Shown here: positions 28,500 to 38,869 of the stretch, piece after piece
How positions within the stretch are numbered: position 1 is the stretch's first letter
Layout of the letters: the number at the start of each line of letters is the position of its first letter
Made by a program: the position numbers and the translations under genes
The notes under the pieces: model-generated
What the model saw: the letters and a program-made list of their open reading frames with translations, nothing else
What the model was told of the DNA's origin: nothing
The model's database searches: none
DNA from: a virus
Taxonomy: Duplodnaviria > Caudoviricetes
Length of the DNA stretch: 64,000 nucleotides
Virus record (IMG/VR): IMGVR_UViG_3300028048_000068
Coordinates: 72,628-136,627 of that record
Reading direction: 5' to 3' (one strand)

Positions 28500-28889
28500 A
28501 TTTTTGTGTTGTTGCCAATCGAGGTCATTTTTCCATTTTGAAGTCGCGCGAAAACGAGGGTTGAATAGGTCGGCCGCAGTATGCAGATTGTCAAGCTCCC
28601 AATAGGGGATTATATAGAGCGGAATATTGTGTGCGAGGCAATAACTTATCTTTCGTCTATCTCGCTCTTGTGCTTGTACGAACTCTGCGCGCGTGCGATA
28701 AAATTTGCGAACAGGTTGATAGTGTTGTTCGCCCTGTACCTCTACGCAACATGGAATCGCTCGGCCGCCGTATATGTAAAAATCAAAACGATAATGACCT
28801 TTTTTCAAATCACTAAATCGTTTCTCTCTTTCAAATTTATATTTACCTTTCTGTAACAAGGCAATAACTTTTTCTTCATATCTACTCAT
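28482..28889 (-). CDS. PD-(D/E)xK nuclease (DUF559/Vsr-like)
   Basis: RFDFY...VEVQGEQHY...QERDRRKISYC; likely ATG at 28889 after GGAGG. Confidence 0.8.
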   Translation of the reverse strand: MSRYEEKVIALLQKGKYKFEREKRFSDLKKGHYRFDFYIYGGRAIPCCVEVQGEQHYQPVRKFYRTRAEFVQAQERDRRKISYCLAHNIPLYIIPYWELDNLHTAADLFNPRFRATSKWKNDLDWQQHKNLTHRR

Positions 28890-28906
28890 ATCCAATCCTC
28901 CACTGC

Positions 28907-28943
28907 TAAAAAGTAGAGTTTTCCCCAATCAACTCCACTTATA
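28907..28943 (+). promoter_or_regulatory. Putative phage late promoter (TAAA-N24-CCACTTATA)
   Basis: The same bipartite motif recurs at 24030-24067(-), 45695-45730, 50069-50106 and 59602-59638. Confidence 0.55.
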
Positions 28944-28989
28944 AACGAAAGGATATGTCCTAGTAAGGATAATAAAACGGAGGTAGTAA

Positions 28990-29457
28990 ATGGATTATAT
29001 TAATACGATTGCTCAATATGGAGCGATTGGTATTCTAATTATCCTTGCTGGGATGATAAAAATACCAAAAATCGAACTTAATCTTTGGAATTGGATTGGG
29101 CGCACTGTAGGTCGCTCTATAAATAAGGAAATGATGGACCAGGTTAACGACTTACAGAGTGAAATTAAAGGAATGAAAACTGAAATTGATACGCTGAAAA
29201 AAGAAGAAGAATTAGAACGTGTGCGTCAAGCCCGTCAGTGTATTCTTCGCTTTAACGATGAAATTCTTTTTGAAAAGCGTCATTCGAAAGAACATTTCGA
29301 TGAAATTTTAGATAATATAGATATTTATGAAGAGTACTGCCGTACTCACGAGGAATACGAGAATAATAAAGCTGTTTTAGCCATCGCAACAATTCGTGAA
29401 GTGTATAAGGATTGTTTAAAAACACACGATTTTTTAACCCACGCGAAGAAAGGCTAG
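28990..29457 (+). CDS. Membrane-anchored coiled-coil protein of a family usually found in Bacillota phage lysis modules
   Basis: N-terminal TM, then R..ILRF.DE...H..EHF...DI..YE.YC..H..Y.NNKA pattern. Confidence 0.75.
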   Translation: MDYINTIAQYGAIGILIILAGMIKIPKIELNLWNWIGRTVGRSINKEMMDQVNDLQSEIKGMKTEIDTLKKEEELERVRQARQCILRFNDEILFEKRHSKEHFDEILDNIDIYEEYCRTHEEYENNKAVLAIATIREVYKDCLKTHDFLTHAKKG

Positions 29458-29482
29458 TAAGTTAATTTAGGAGTAAAAGGAA

Positions 29483-30577
29483 ATGGGAGACTTTTTAGGT
29501 TTTACCTTTGGCGGCGTCCATAGTTCTGACCTGGGAATCACCCGCGTCTCTGGGGGAGACAGATATGAAGAAGAGTTACATCCAGAGATAAAGGACAGAA
29601 CGGCTGAGGTACCGGGATTAAACGGACAATATTATTTTGGAAGTGATTTCGGAGAAAAAACTTTTGATTTAGAAATTGCTTATGACCACTTAACTGAAGA
29701 ACAGTTTAGGAAACTTAGACAAGTTTTTGGGACTAAAGAGATTAAAGCTTTAATCTTTGATGAGCATCCTTATAAAACATATATGGTAAAAATTGGAAGC
29801 CCAATTGAACTTTCTTATATTTGTTTTGATGAACCGAAGAAAGTAGTGGGTGCGCAACGTGATGGAATTAGACGAATTACAAGAACAGAAGAAGAAACAG
29901 TAATTGATGAAGAAACTGGAGAAGAAACTACTCAAACAGTTATTCATCGAGATATAGAACAGGTTACTCCTTATGAAATTCTTGAAGGCACTGAGCGCAT
30001 TTATAAAGGCGAAGGTAAAATTAGTTTTATTGCTTATTTTCCTTTCGCTAAGTCTACTTTTGAGGTTTTACCACAATCAGGGAACAAATATTACGAAGGA
30101 AGTGAAAGTTGGGCCGATTTTAGTGGAATTTTATCAGCAGATGAATATAATCAAAGTCAAATAAATACATATGATAGCGAGACTAGTCAAATGACTATAT
30201 ACAATGGTGGAGATTTACCGGTAGGTTTTCGCTTATATATACCGGCCGCGCTACTGAGTAATAATATTAGTTTAAAATATAAACCAGATACTATAAATAC
30301 TACAGCAGAATTGAATTTAGAATCTTTTACTTTAAAAGAGGGAGAAGAGGGCATATTGATTGACACCACTAGTGAATTAATTGTAGGTGTTTCAGAAGTT
30401 AATGATACTAGTTCGGGAGCTACCTACACTACCTCGGGTAATTTATATAATGGACATATAACTAGTGGTTATTTATTCCACTTTGAACCTAATTTAAATA
30501 GAAGTGACAGGTCAATCTTACAAATTGATAATGGGTCAGAAGATATTAAAATATTCTATGATTACTTATATTTCTAG
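29483..30577 (+). CDS. Distal tail protein (Dit)
   Basis: GFTFGGVHSSDLGI...VPGLNGQYYFG...LIFDEHPYKTYMVK; ends YDYLYF; lies upstream of Tal. Confidence 0.8.
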   Translation: MGDFLGFTFGGVHSSDLGITRVSGGDRYEEELHPEIKDRTAEVPGLNGQYYFGSDFGEKTFDLEIAYDHLTEEQFRKLRQVFGTKEIKALIFDEHPYKTYMVKIGSPIELSYICFDEPKKVVGAQRDGIRRITRTEEETVIDEETGEETTQTVIHRDIEQVTPYEILEGTERIYKGEGKISFIAYFPFAKSTFEVLPQSGNKYYEGSESWADFSGILSADEYNQSQINTYDSETSQMTIYNGGDLPVGFRLYIPAALLSNNISLKYKPDTINTTAELNLESFTLKEGEEGILIDTTSELIVGVSEVNDTSSGATYTTSGNLYNGHITSGYLFHFEPNLNRSDRSILQIDNGSEDIKIFYDYLYF

Positions 30578-30586
30578 GAGGCACAC

Positions 30587-33500
30587 ATGGGTGGGAATCT
30601 AATTAAACCATATGAAATTTCCGTTTGGGAAGACAAACTCACCCAAGACGGTTTTACAGAAAAGAAAATAGCGGTCATCGGCTCAAATACAATGACAGGG
30701 TTTAACAAGGTTTATGACCCTGTTTTTAATAAGAAATCAAATGGAGAAAAGACCTTATCTTTTTCTTTAAAATATAGATACTTTGACCCTTATACTGGTA
30801 ATGAAGGAGTGGTTAATCCATTCGCCGCGCTTCTAGTTAATGAGCGTAAAGTTAAATTACATTATGATAATAAGTGGTATGAGTTTATTATTAAAGAACA
30901 TTCTGAATCAAGTGATGGATTGGAGTGGACTTATAACTGTACCGATGCATTTGTTTTAGAATTATCAAAGAATGGATATAATATCACTTTTGATTCTGAA
31001 TTAAATAACAATCAAGGTACGGCGCGCGAGTTAACAAAAGAAACCTTAAAGAATACGGATTGGCAAGTTGGTACTACTAATATCGGTAGGCAAATGGTGG
31101 CTGAGCCGATTTATAAAGGTACGATTGTTAATGCATTTGCTGCGTTAAATACAGATACAAATTCACTTGAGTCATGTAGTGGTGAGGTATATGTATTTTA
31201 TAGCTATGTAAAAAATAAGAGTGGTAAGTTTGTACAATTTATTAAGCAAGCTGATACATATACAATTGATGATAAGAATGTAATTACTGCTACAAATTAT
31301 CGTATTATAAGAGATAATATTACAGTTACTAATACTGAAATTAAGTCTGGTGATATAACCCTTATTACTCTTAATGGTCTTGAAAATAAGTATCAGGCAA
31401 ATAGATTAGTCTATGGACAGCGCACAACTTATGACCCAGTAATGCAGCGCACTGTAGATTTATTTAAAGCAGATGACAGAGAAATTTACAGATATACTGA
31501 TTATACCTATACAACCTCAAATGTGGTAACCAATTTAATTACCAATGGAGATAATTTCAATGTACTTGAAGATGGTACGTTACAAGGTTGGAATCCATAT
31601 GTAGATTTTACTCCATTAGATGAGGATGATAAAATTGATAAGTTAGAACTAGTTACTCGACCAGAACTTGGTACGGGTAAAGGGTTAGCAGATTTAGTTT
31701 TACTTTCTCAAATTGAAGGATTTTTAAAGGCTTCTTTTAAAGGAGCTTTAACTTCCGATTATAAAAATGCTATTTTTAATAGCGGTATTGAAAATAATAG
31801 TTCAACAATAGAATCAATTTCTAAAGGTCAGAGGTTTGTATTTAGGTGGCGCGCGGGCCATGGAGAGCTGGATACGTTAGAGCCTGAACAAAATTTAGGC
31901 TTAATTGTTGCTAAATATACACAAGATGACCCAAATCCATATAGATATTATTATAAGCATATAGACCCTGATAATATCATAATGAGGTTTGAGGGTACTC
32001 CGATAGAATTAAATAACTATATACGTAACGGCGCGCTAATAACGGGCGAAGACGGAAAACAAACTTATGTAATTGATAGGGTGGCACAAACTCCATCAAC
32101 AAAATATATATATGTAAATAACAATGATAATCAAGAATATGTATGGAATGGACAAAATGGTGAATTTGAGTTAAAATCAAATACCAACTATCTTCCATAT
32201 TATTATTTAACTGCTACCGCAGAAAAAGCAATTAAAAATAGCGATTTAACAGACCCAACTCAAAAATTTGGTATATTTATATATACTAATAGTGGCACTT
32301 CACCCGTATATATACAAGATATTCAATTAACTCGCCTAATTGAAGATGCAGAAGGCAAACCAATTTTAATTGGTAATGTACCTACTGCCACTTCAAATTC
32401 AACAGAGTACTATTATGTTAAGCCTTCGGATGGCACGGCCGCAGAAGACGTAGAAACATATACGTCAATTGATGAATTGGCAGATGAGTTAACGATAGAC
32501 ACCCAAACAATTCAACCAGTTTATAATGAAAATTCAGAAAAGATATTATCAATTAGTGCTTCTCAATCGAATTGTTTCAATATACTTCAAACAATAGCTG
32601 AAACATTTGAATGTTGGGTTGATTTGGTTGTTGGTCATGATAACCGTGGTTATATTACATATACTGATGGTAAGCCTAATAAGTATGTATATTTAAGAGA
32701 ATATGCTGGTAAAGATAATTGGGCTGGCTTTAAATATGGAATTAATTTAGATACTATTGAAAGAACGATTAATTCTGATGAAATTGTAACTAAATTAATT
32801 GTAGACTCTTCACAATCTGAATATGTAGATGAGGGTTATGTATCTATTACAAGCGCGCCTTCTAACCAGAGTGGAGAATCTTATATAGTTAACTTTGACT
32901 ATTATTATAATCAAGGTTTACTTGATAGGGAAACAGTTGAAGCTGATAGATTAGAATTTATTGAAAAAGTTGCAGAAAAGAATCTTCAAATTCAAGAAAA
33001 AGAAAAACAGCGCAGAGATTTAGAGGCTGCGATTACTAGTTTAGGTAGTAATCGAAACGTATTTACTGAACTAATTGAAACTGCACGCGATACTCAAACA
33101 AGAGCGTTAGCGGAATTTGAAGCCTTAACCGGTCAGTCTTATGAAGAATATAGAGAAGAACACACAACTCTTGAAGAAGACGATCAATTAACCGAAGAAG
33201 AAACAGTTTATGATTTACTTGGTGAATTATACACAAGTTCTGCGACGATTAATAATTATTCCGGTATTTTAACTAACGTAGACCAAGAATATTGGGAAAA
33301 GAGAAAACAATTACGTGGTAGTGAAAACTATAATATTAAAATTTGGGTTGACAAAGATGAAAATTTAGTTCGTCATATATTTGTTGAACTTAATGATTAT
33401 TTACCAGATTTTAGTTTTGAAATTGGTGGCTCTACTTATACTTCTACAGTTAGTAAAAAATATTGGGATTTAGAGAAAGACGATACTGAAATTACATTTA

Positions 33501-36097
33501 CTGCGCCAGAGGGTTATACAATCGAAACGGCGCAATATACGATTAATGATAATAAAGTTGCAAAATTTAAAATTACTTCTAATGTTACGGTTGAAGGTGT
33601 TGAAGATGAGATTGAAGACCTTCAAGAGCAAAAAGAAGAAATTGTAAAAGAGTTTAATAACAAATATAGTCGTTATATTCAAGAGGGTACTTGGAATTCA
33701 ACAGATTATATAGATTCTGAACTTTATTATCTTGATGCTTTACAAGTTTCTAATACTTCAGCACAACCAACGGTTTCATATACAATTAATGTAGTCGAAG
33801 TCAGCGAGCTTGAGGGATTAGAATGGTATACATTTGATGCTGGAGATAAGACCTATGTAGAAGATACAGAATTCTTTGGTTGGGCGAACATTGATGGTGT
33901 ACTTACACCCGCGCGCGAAGAAGTAATTGTATCTGAAGTTGAATGGCATTTAGATGAGCCAGACCAAAATGTAATTACTGTCCAAAATTATAAAACACGA
34001 TTTGAAGATTTGTTCCAACGTATTAGCGCGGCGGTTCAAACGGTTCAATATAATGAAGCCACCTATGCTAAAATTAGCAGCCTACTTGATGCTAATGGAA
34101 CAATTAATCAAGATGTACTTCTTGAGTCATTAAATCGAATAAGTGGTCAAAACTATAATCTTACAAGTGATGGTTCTGTTATGATTGACGGAGACAACAT
34201 ACTTGTGCAAAATTTGACCAATCCTGCTAATCGTGTTATAATAAATAGTGAAGGAATTAGAATTTCTTCAGATGGCGGTCAAACATGGAGAACCGCAATT
34301 GATGGTCAAGGAATTAATATTGGTACGGTTTATACTGGTACTTTAAATACCAATAATGTAATTATTGGTAGTGAAGATAACCCAAGTTTTCGTTGGGACA
34401 AATCTGGTATTAGCGCATATAAATCAAATAGTAATACAGGAATTTATGATTTACAAACTTATGTACGCTATGATGAATATGGTTTATATGGTATCAAAGA
34501 AGGGGGCTCTTTTAAAGCTCAGAACTTAGAAGATGTATTAAATAAAGCGCATTTTGCGGTCACTTGGGACGGATTTTTTATTAAAAATTCATATGAAGGT
34601 GGCGGTCGAGTCGAAATTACATCGGATAATGATTTTAGAGTTTTAAAAGCAGGTGGTATAGAAAAAGTTAAGATTGGCGCACTTGAATGGGGCAAAAATG
34701 GAGATATTCCAATTACAAGCCCTGATGCAGAGGGTGCGACTGCGGCTCCAACATTGTATGGTATTCGAATAAAGAATGATGCTGGCACGGAAGTAATGAA
34801 AACTGGTGATGATGGAAACTTAACAATCACTGGTACAATTAATGCAAATGCTGGCGTATTTGATGGTAATGTACAGGTTGGTACCAGCACTCCACATATT
34901 GATATTGATGGCGTTAATGCAGTTATTAAATCTTCGAATTATAATGGAGGCTCAAGTACAAGTGCGACTTATGGTTGGATGATTAATGCTGATGGCGATG
35001 CAGTTTTTAATAATATAACTGCGCGTGGTGCAATTAAAACAGCCGTTTTTGAATATGCAGAAATTCAAGCAGTTGGTGGCATATTCATTTTCAGACCATC
35101 ATCGACTATACGCTCAGCCGCAGTAAATGGAAATAATTTAGTTTTAACTGTAGAAAAACCAGTATTATTTAAAGATGGTCAATGGTGTAAGGTTAGTAAC
35201 TATACTGCTGATGGAGAAGCTGAAAATCCAGATAGTTCAGATATATTATTAAATAATGGATTAACTCATGTCTATCAAGTACAACGAACTCAAGGAAGTA
35301 ACGAAATAACTTTACTTGGCGCGGCCGCGATGGTCGAAGGTCAAAATGCAGTTGTTAGTTCTGCTTCTGAATTGATTGGTGGCGCGCTTGTAGATATGGG
35401 TAATAAAGCAGGCACTTCGAACTATGGAATTGGAATTAATAGTTCTGATAACACAGTTGACTTACCGGCTCGCGCAATTAGTTTATTTGAGACAGTAATT
35501 GATGAAACTAAAGAACCAAAAGTTTCATATAACTATCGTGGTATTTTAGGTACGCTGCCGCATATGACTTCTGGAGTTAATACATCTATCTATCAACACA
35601 TGGAAGGCACCCAAGGTATTTATACCGATAATATGTATATTGGTGATGCTACTCAGTTTATTAGTTTTTATGAAGATACTGATGATTTAGATGGACAAGG
35701 AAATCCGAAAAAGAAGTTAAGAATTAAGGCTAATGAAATAATGTTTGAAGCTGTAGACCCAGAGACACATGAGCCTACAGGTGAATATCATGATGTAAGT
35801 CAAATTGAAGCAGAGGGTGGGCCTGGACCAGCGGGAGAAGATGCGATTAATGTAGTGATTGAATCATCTACTGGTAATATGTTCTATAGAGAAGATGTTA
35901 ATGCAACTTTGACTTGTACAGTTTACAAGGGTTCAACAGATATAACAACTCAAGTTACAAAATTTACTTGGAAAAAGAAAAATAGTGACGGGACTATAGA
36001 TGATGATTGGCAACGATTAGCAGCAGGTCGTTCAATTAATATTGGTCCGAGTGATATAGATTCTAAAGCTATTTTCATTTGTGAAGTAGAATTTTAG
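30587..36097 (+). CDS. Tal / baseplate-hub tail protein with fibre extension (1836 aa)
   Basis: Follows Dit; FKYGINLDTIERT...IVTKL hub motifs, coiled coils, ISSDGGQTWRTAIDGQGIN, Ig-like C-terminus. Confidence 0.8.
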   Translation: MGGNLIKPYEISVWEDKLTQDGFTEKKIAVIGSNTMTGFNKVYDPVFNKKSNGEKTLSFSLKYRYFDPYTGNEGVVNPFAALLVNERKVKLHYDNKWYEFIIKEHSESSDGLEWTYNCTDAFVLELSKNGYNITFDSELNNNQGTARELTKETLKNTDWQVGTTNIGRQMVAEPIYKGTIVNAFAALNTDTNSLESCSGEVYVFYSYVKNKSGKFVQFIKQADTYTIDDKNVITATNYRIIRDNITVTNTEIKSGDITLITLNGLENKYQANRLVYGQRTTYDPVMQRTVDLFKADDREIYRYTDYTYTTSNVVTNLITNGDNFNVLEDGTLQGWNPYVDFTPLDEDDKIDKLELVTRPELGTGKGLADLVLLSQIEGFLKASFKGALTSDYKNAIFNSGIENNSSTIESISKGQRFVFRWRAGHGELDTLEPEQNLGLIVAKYTQDDPNPYRYYYKHIDPDNIIMRFEGTPIELNNYIRNGALITGEDGKQTYVIDRVAQTPSTKYIYVNNNDNQEYVWNGQNGEFELKSNTNYLPYYYLTATAEKAIKNSDLTDPTQKFGIFIYTNSGTSPVYIQDIQLTRLIEDAEGKPILIGNVPTATSNSTEYYYVKPSDGTAAEDVETYTSIDELADELTIDTQTIQPVYNENSEKILSISASQSNCFNILQTIAETFECWVDLVVGHDNRGYITYTDGKPNKYVYLREYAGKDNWAGFKYGINLDTIERTINSDEIVTKLIVDSSQSEYVDEGYVSITSAPSNQSGESYIVNFDYYYNQGLLDRETVEADRLEFIEKVAEKNLQIQEKEKQRRDLEAAITSLGSNRNVFTELIETARDTQTRALAEFEALTGQSYEEYREEHTTLEEDDQLTEEETVYDLLGELYTSSATINNYSGILTNVDQEYWEKRKQLRGSENYNIKIWVDKDENLVRHIFVELNDYLPDFSFEIGGSTYTSTVSKKYWDLEKDDTEITFTAPEGYTIETAQYTINDNKVAKFKITSNVTVEGVEDEIEDLQEQKEEIVKEFNNKYSRYIQEGTWNSTDYIDSELYYLDALQVSNTSAQPTVSYTINVVEVSELEGLEWYTFDAGDKTYVEDTEFFGWANIDGVLTPAREEVIVSEVEWHLDEPDQNVITVQNYKTRFEDLFQRISAAVQTVQYNEATYAKISSLLDANGTINQDVLLESLNRISGQNYNLTSDGSVMIDGDNILVQNLTNPANRVIINSEGIRISSDGGQTWRTAIDGQGINIGTVYTGTLNTNNVIIGSEDNPSFRWDKSGISAYKSNSNTGIYDLQTYVRYDEYGLYGIKEGGSFKAQNLEDVLNKAHFAVTWDGFFIKNSYEGGGRVEITSDNDFRVLKAGGIEKVKIGALEWGKNGDIPITSPDAEGATAAPTLYGIRIKNDAGTEVMKTGDDGNLTITGTINANAGVFDGNVQVGTSTPHIDIDGVNAVIKSSNYNGGSSTSATYGWMINADGDAVFNNITARGAIKTAVFEYAEIQAVGGIFIFRPSSTIRSAAVNGNNLVLTVEKPVLFKDGQWCKVSNYTADGEAENPDSSDILLNNGLTHVYQVQRTQGSNEITLLGAAAMVEGQNAVVSSASELIGGALVDMGNKAGTSNYGIGINSSDNTVDLPARAISLFETVIDETKEPKVSYNYRGILGTLPHMTSGVNTSIYQHMEGTQGIYTDNMYIGDATQFISFYEDTDDLDGQGNPKKKLRIKANEIMFEAVDPETHEPTGEYHDVSQIEAEGGPGPAGEDAINVVIESSTGNMFYREDVNATLTCTVYKGSTDITTQVTKFTWKKKNSDGTIDDDWQRLAAGRSINIGPSDIDSKAIFICEVEF

Positions 36098-36110
36098 GAG
36101 GTAAAGGAGA

Positions 36111-38786
36111 ATGGCAACAAGTTATGGTTCTATAACCATAGTTGATATTACAGATATTGGAGAATTTAGCGTTTATCCTACTGCTAATAATCCTAGAACT
36201 CAAATCTATAGCCCAGACCATACAAGCGGTTCGGGTTATATGCCAGATTGGAGTAGTACGAATTTGCTTATAACACCTGTAGCATATTATGCTAGTCAGA
36301 ATGTTAGTACAACGGCAACTTATACATGGAAAAGACGAGATGGTGCGGGAAATGTAGTAGATTTAACAGCGGATGAAACCGTTATTAATTTTCCAGACAC
36401 ACAACATCCAGGAGTATTGCAGGTTAGTAATAATGTATTAGGTAATAGTACAAGTGGTATTATTTCTTATATCGTGACTGCTCACTATACAGTGGATAAT
36501 GTTCCATTGGAGGCGGTTGGCGAAATAGATTTCTCGTTAACTCGTCAAGGAAGTGTTGCAAAAACAGCCACTATCACGGGAGAAAGTATTTTTAAATATA
36601 ATAGTGCCGGCCAACTATTGCCAGATAATAATAAAACAATTACTTTAAATGGTAAGGTAGCTGGTGTATCAATTACTACTTGGCAGTATAAAAATACTAA
36701 TGGATGGGCTACATATCCAAATAGTACTACGGGTAGTTCTTCATTAGTGGTTAGGCCTACCGATTCTGTGTTTAATAATGATAGTGTAACTATTAGATTA
36801 AATACTAATGACAATACTGTTTATGATTTATTCACAATAACTAAGCTATATGATGGTGTTAAGGGTGATTCGGTTAATTCAGCAGTATTAAGTAATGAAG
36901 ATCAAATGTTACCTGCTGATAAGAACGGTAAAGTGACTTCTTATAGTGGTGCAGAAACGACTTTAACAATTAGAGAAGGAACGCAAGATGTTACGAACAG
37001 TTGGTACATTACAAAAACTTATTCGCCAACTAGTTTAAGTACATTAGATTCTGCTGCCAATGATTACGAAGTTGACTTTACTGGGATAAGTGTTAGTGAT
37101 ACAACTTTTAATAATATAGATACTGCCTATGTATTGTTTGAGTGTCGTAAGACCTCAACTGGTGCTGTGGAATTTAGTAGAAAGTTTTCTCTTGTAAAAG
37201 TGAAAACTGGACAAGACGGAGAAACGCCAACTATTTATAGTCTACAAGTAAGCGCATTGGCAGTTAATACAGAACCGGCAAATGGAGGGGTACATCCAAA
37301 TCCAAACCCAACACAAGTTGTCTTTAATGCTTATCAGCAAACTGGAAATGCCTTACCTACAGCTTATGATGGTAGAATTCAATTTTATATAAATGATAGT
37401 TCTACAATTAGTGTTCCTGTAACAACTAACACTTCTACTAGAATAATTAATTTTACTGATAGTCCTTGGAATGCAGATACTGTTAAAAGTGTTAAGGCAG
37501 TTTTATACGAAGCGGGCGCCAATACTAAACAACTTGATTCTCAAACCGTGGTTATAGTAAACGATGGTTCAAAAGGTACAGATGGTGCTCCTGGTGCCAC
37601 TGGTTTCGGAGCAGTTAATGTTATTATTGGAAATGAAGCAGATGTTATTCCTTGTAATTCTAGTAATCATCCACTGTCTCAATTTACTATTGATATTCCT
37701 TATGAAGGATATCAAGGTACGACTTTAAAAACAACAAGCGTAAACGCACCATCGTTGCCAGCTAGTGACTTTGGTAGAGTAATAGCAGCAGATACCAGTA
37801 CAGCAGGTCATGTTAAATATATGATTAAAACTACAGACACTTTATCTGCAGGTGGCCAAGTAACTCTTACTTTTACAGTGAATTGTAAAGATTATGATGC
37901 CAATGGTGCAGTTATTGATAAAACGGTTTCAATAAGTAAAATTTATACTTGGACACGTAGTTCAGCCGCAGTTAATGGACAAAATGCAATTGTTTTACAA
38001 GTGGCCACTCCAAATGGAACAGTTATTGTAAATGGAGATGGTACATTATACGCACGAGCTATTTTATCAAATGGTGCCGGTGAAGCAAGCGGAGAAACAT
38101 ATACTTGGAGTCAATTTAAAAATGGAGCATATACCCCTATTAGTTCATCTACGACTCCTGGTGTAGAGACAGGGCATTTAAATAGTACAACATGGACCTC
38201 AGGCGATAATGGTAGTGCAGATAATGTTTCTGATTACATTAAGATTACTCCAACAGCAGTTGAAGGATATGCTTCTTTTCAAGTTGTTTCTAACTATAAA
38301 TCAAAATCATATACGCAGTATATTTCGGTAATTGATAAAACCGACCCAGTGCAAGTATCTTTACATTCTACTGTTGGTACACAAATTAAAAATTCACAAG
38401 GGCAAGGATGTGTATATGCTAGAGTAGTTAGGAGTGATAAGGAGTTAGATATAGTACCACAAAATATAGAGGCTGGTACTTCTACTCCAGAATCTGGCAT
38501 GACGAATGGAGATTACTTTGTTTTACTATCTAATGATTCTACGGTTACCAATAGAACTGCTAGGTTATATAAATATAATGGTACTATTTGGGTTGATATA
38601 AATACTATACCAGCAGAGAAACGGGTAGGTAAATATACTTGGACTTTTAGAAATTCAGATAATACTCCAATTACAACTGGAGTGCCTTATCAAGATACTG
38701 TAGATAGGACACAAAATCAATTTATTTATATAGATGCTAGTTTAATAAATCAAAAAATTACAATTGATTGTCAAGTTGAAATTTAA
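36111..38786 (+). CDS. Tail/baseplate protein with Ig-like and short collagen-like segments
   Basis: GSITIVDITD N-terminus, GQDGE and GTDGAPGATG segments, Ser/Thr-rich beta repeats. Confidence 0.75.
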   Translation: MATSYGSITIVDITDIGEFSVYPTANNPRTQIYSPDHTSGSGYMPDWSSTNLLITPVAYYASQNVSTTATYTWKRRDGAGNVVDLTADETVINFPDTQHPGVLQVSNNVLGNSTSGIISYIVTAHYTVDNVPLEAVGEIDFSLTRQGSVAKTATITGESIFKYNSAGQLLPDNNKTITLNGKVAGVSITTWQYKNTNGWATYPNSTTGSSSLVVRPTDSVFNNDSVTIRLNTNDNTVYDLFTITKLYDGVKGDSVNSAVLSNEDQMLPADKNGKVTSYSGAETTLTIREGTQDVTNSWYITKTYSPTSLSTLDSAANDYEVDFTGISVSDTTFNNIDTAYVLFECRKTSTGAVEFSRKFSLVKVKTGQDGETPTIYSLQVSALAVNTEPANGGVHPNPNPTQVVFNAYQQTGNALPTAYDGRIQFYINDSSTISVPVTTNTSTRIINFTDSPWNADTVKSVKAVLYEAGANTKQLDSQTVVIVNDGSKGTDGAPGATGFGAVNVIIGNEADVIPCNSSNHPLSQFTIDIPYEGYQGTTLKTTSVNAPSLPASDFGRVIAADTSTAGHVKYMIKTTDTLSAGGQVTLTFTVNCKDYDANGAVIDKTVSISKIYTWTRSSAAVNGQNAIVLQVATPNGTVIVNGDGTLYARAILSNGAGEASGETYTWSQFKNGAYTPISSSTTPGVETGHLNSTTWTSGDNGSADNVSDYIKITPTAVEGYASFQVVSNYKSKSYTQYISVIDKTDPVQVSLHSTVGTQIKNSQGQGCVYARVVRSDKELDIVPQNIEAGTSTPESGMTNGDYFVLLSNDSTVTNRTARLYKYNGTIWVDINTIPAEKRVGKYTWTFRNSDNTPITTGVPYQDTVDRTQNQFIYIDASLINQKITIDCQVEI

Positions 38787-38790
38787 TTAA

Positions 38791-38827
38791 TCTGTCGCGG
38801 CCGACCTAATCAACGCTCGGCCGCAGA
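38791..38827. repeat. Intergenic GC-rich inverted repeat (GCGGCCGA/TCGGCCGC)
   Basis: tctgtcGCGGCCGA-cctaatcaacgc-TCGGCCGCaga. Confidence 0.75.
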
Positions 38828-38869
38828 GTACATATGACAGGTAAATAGAACTTATAGGGAGAAACATAA

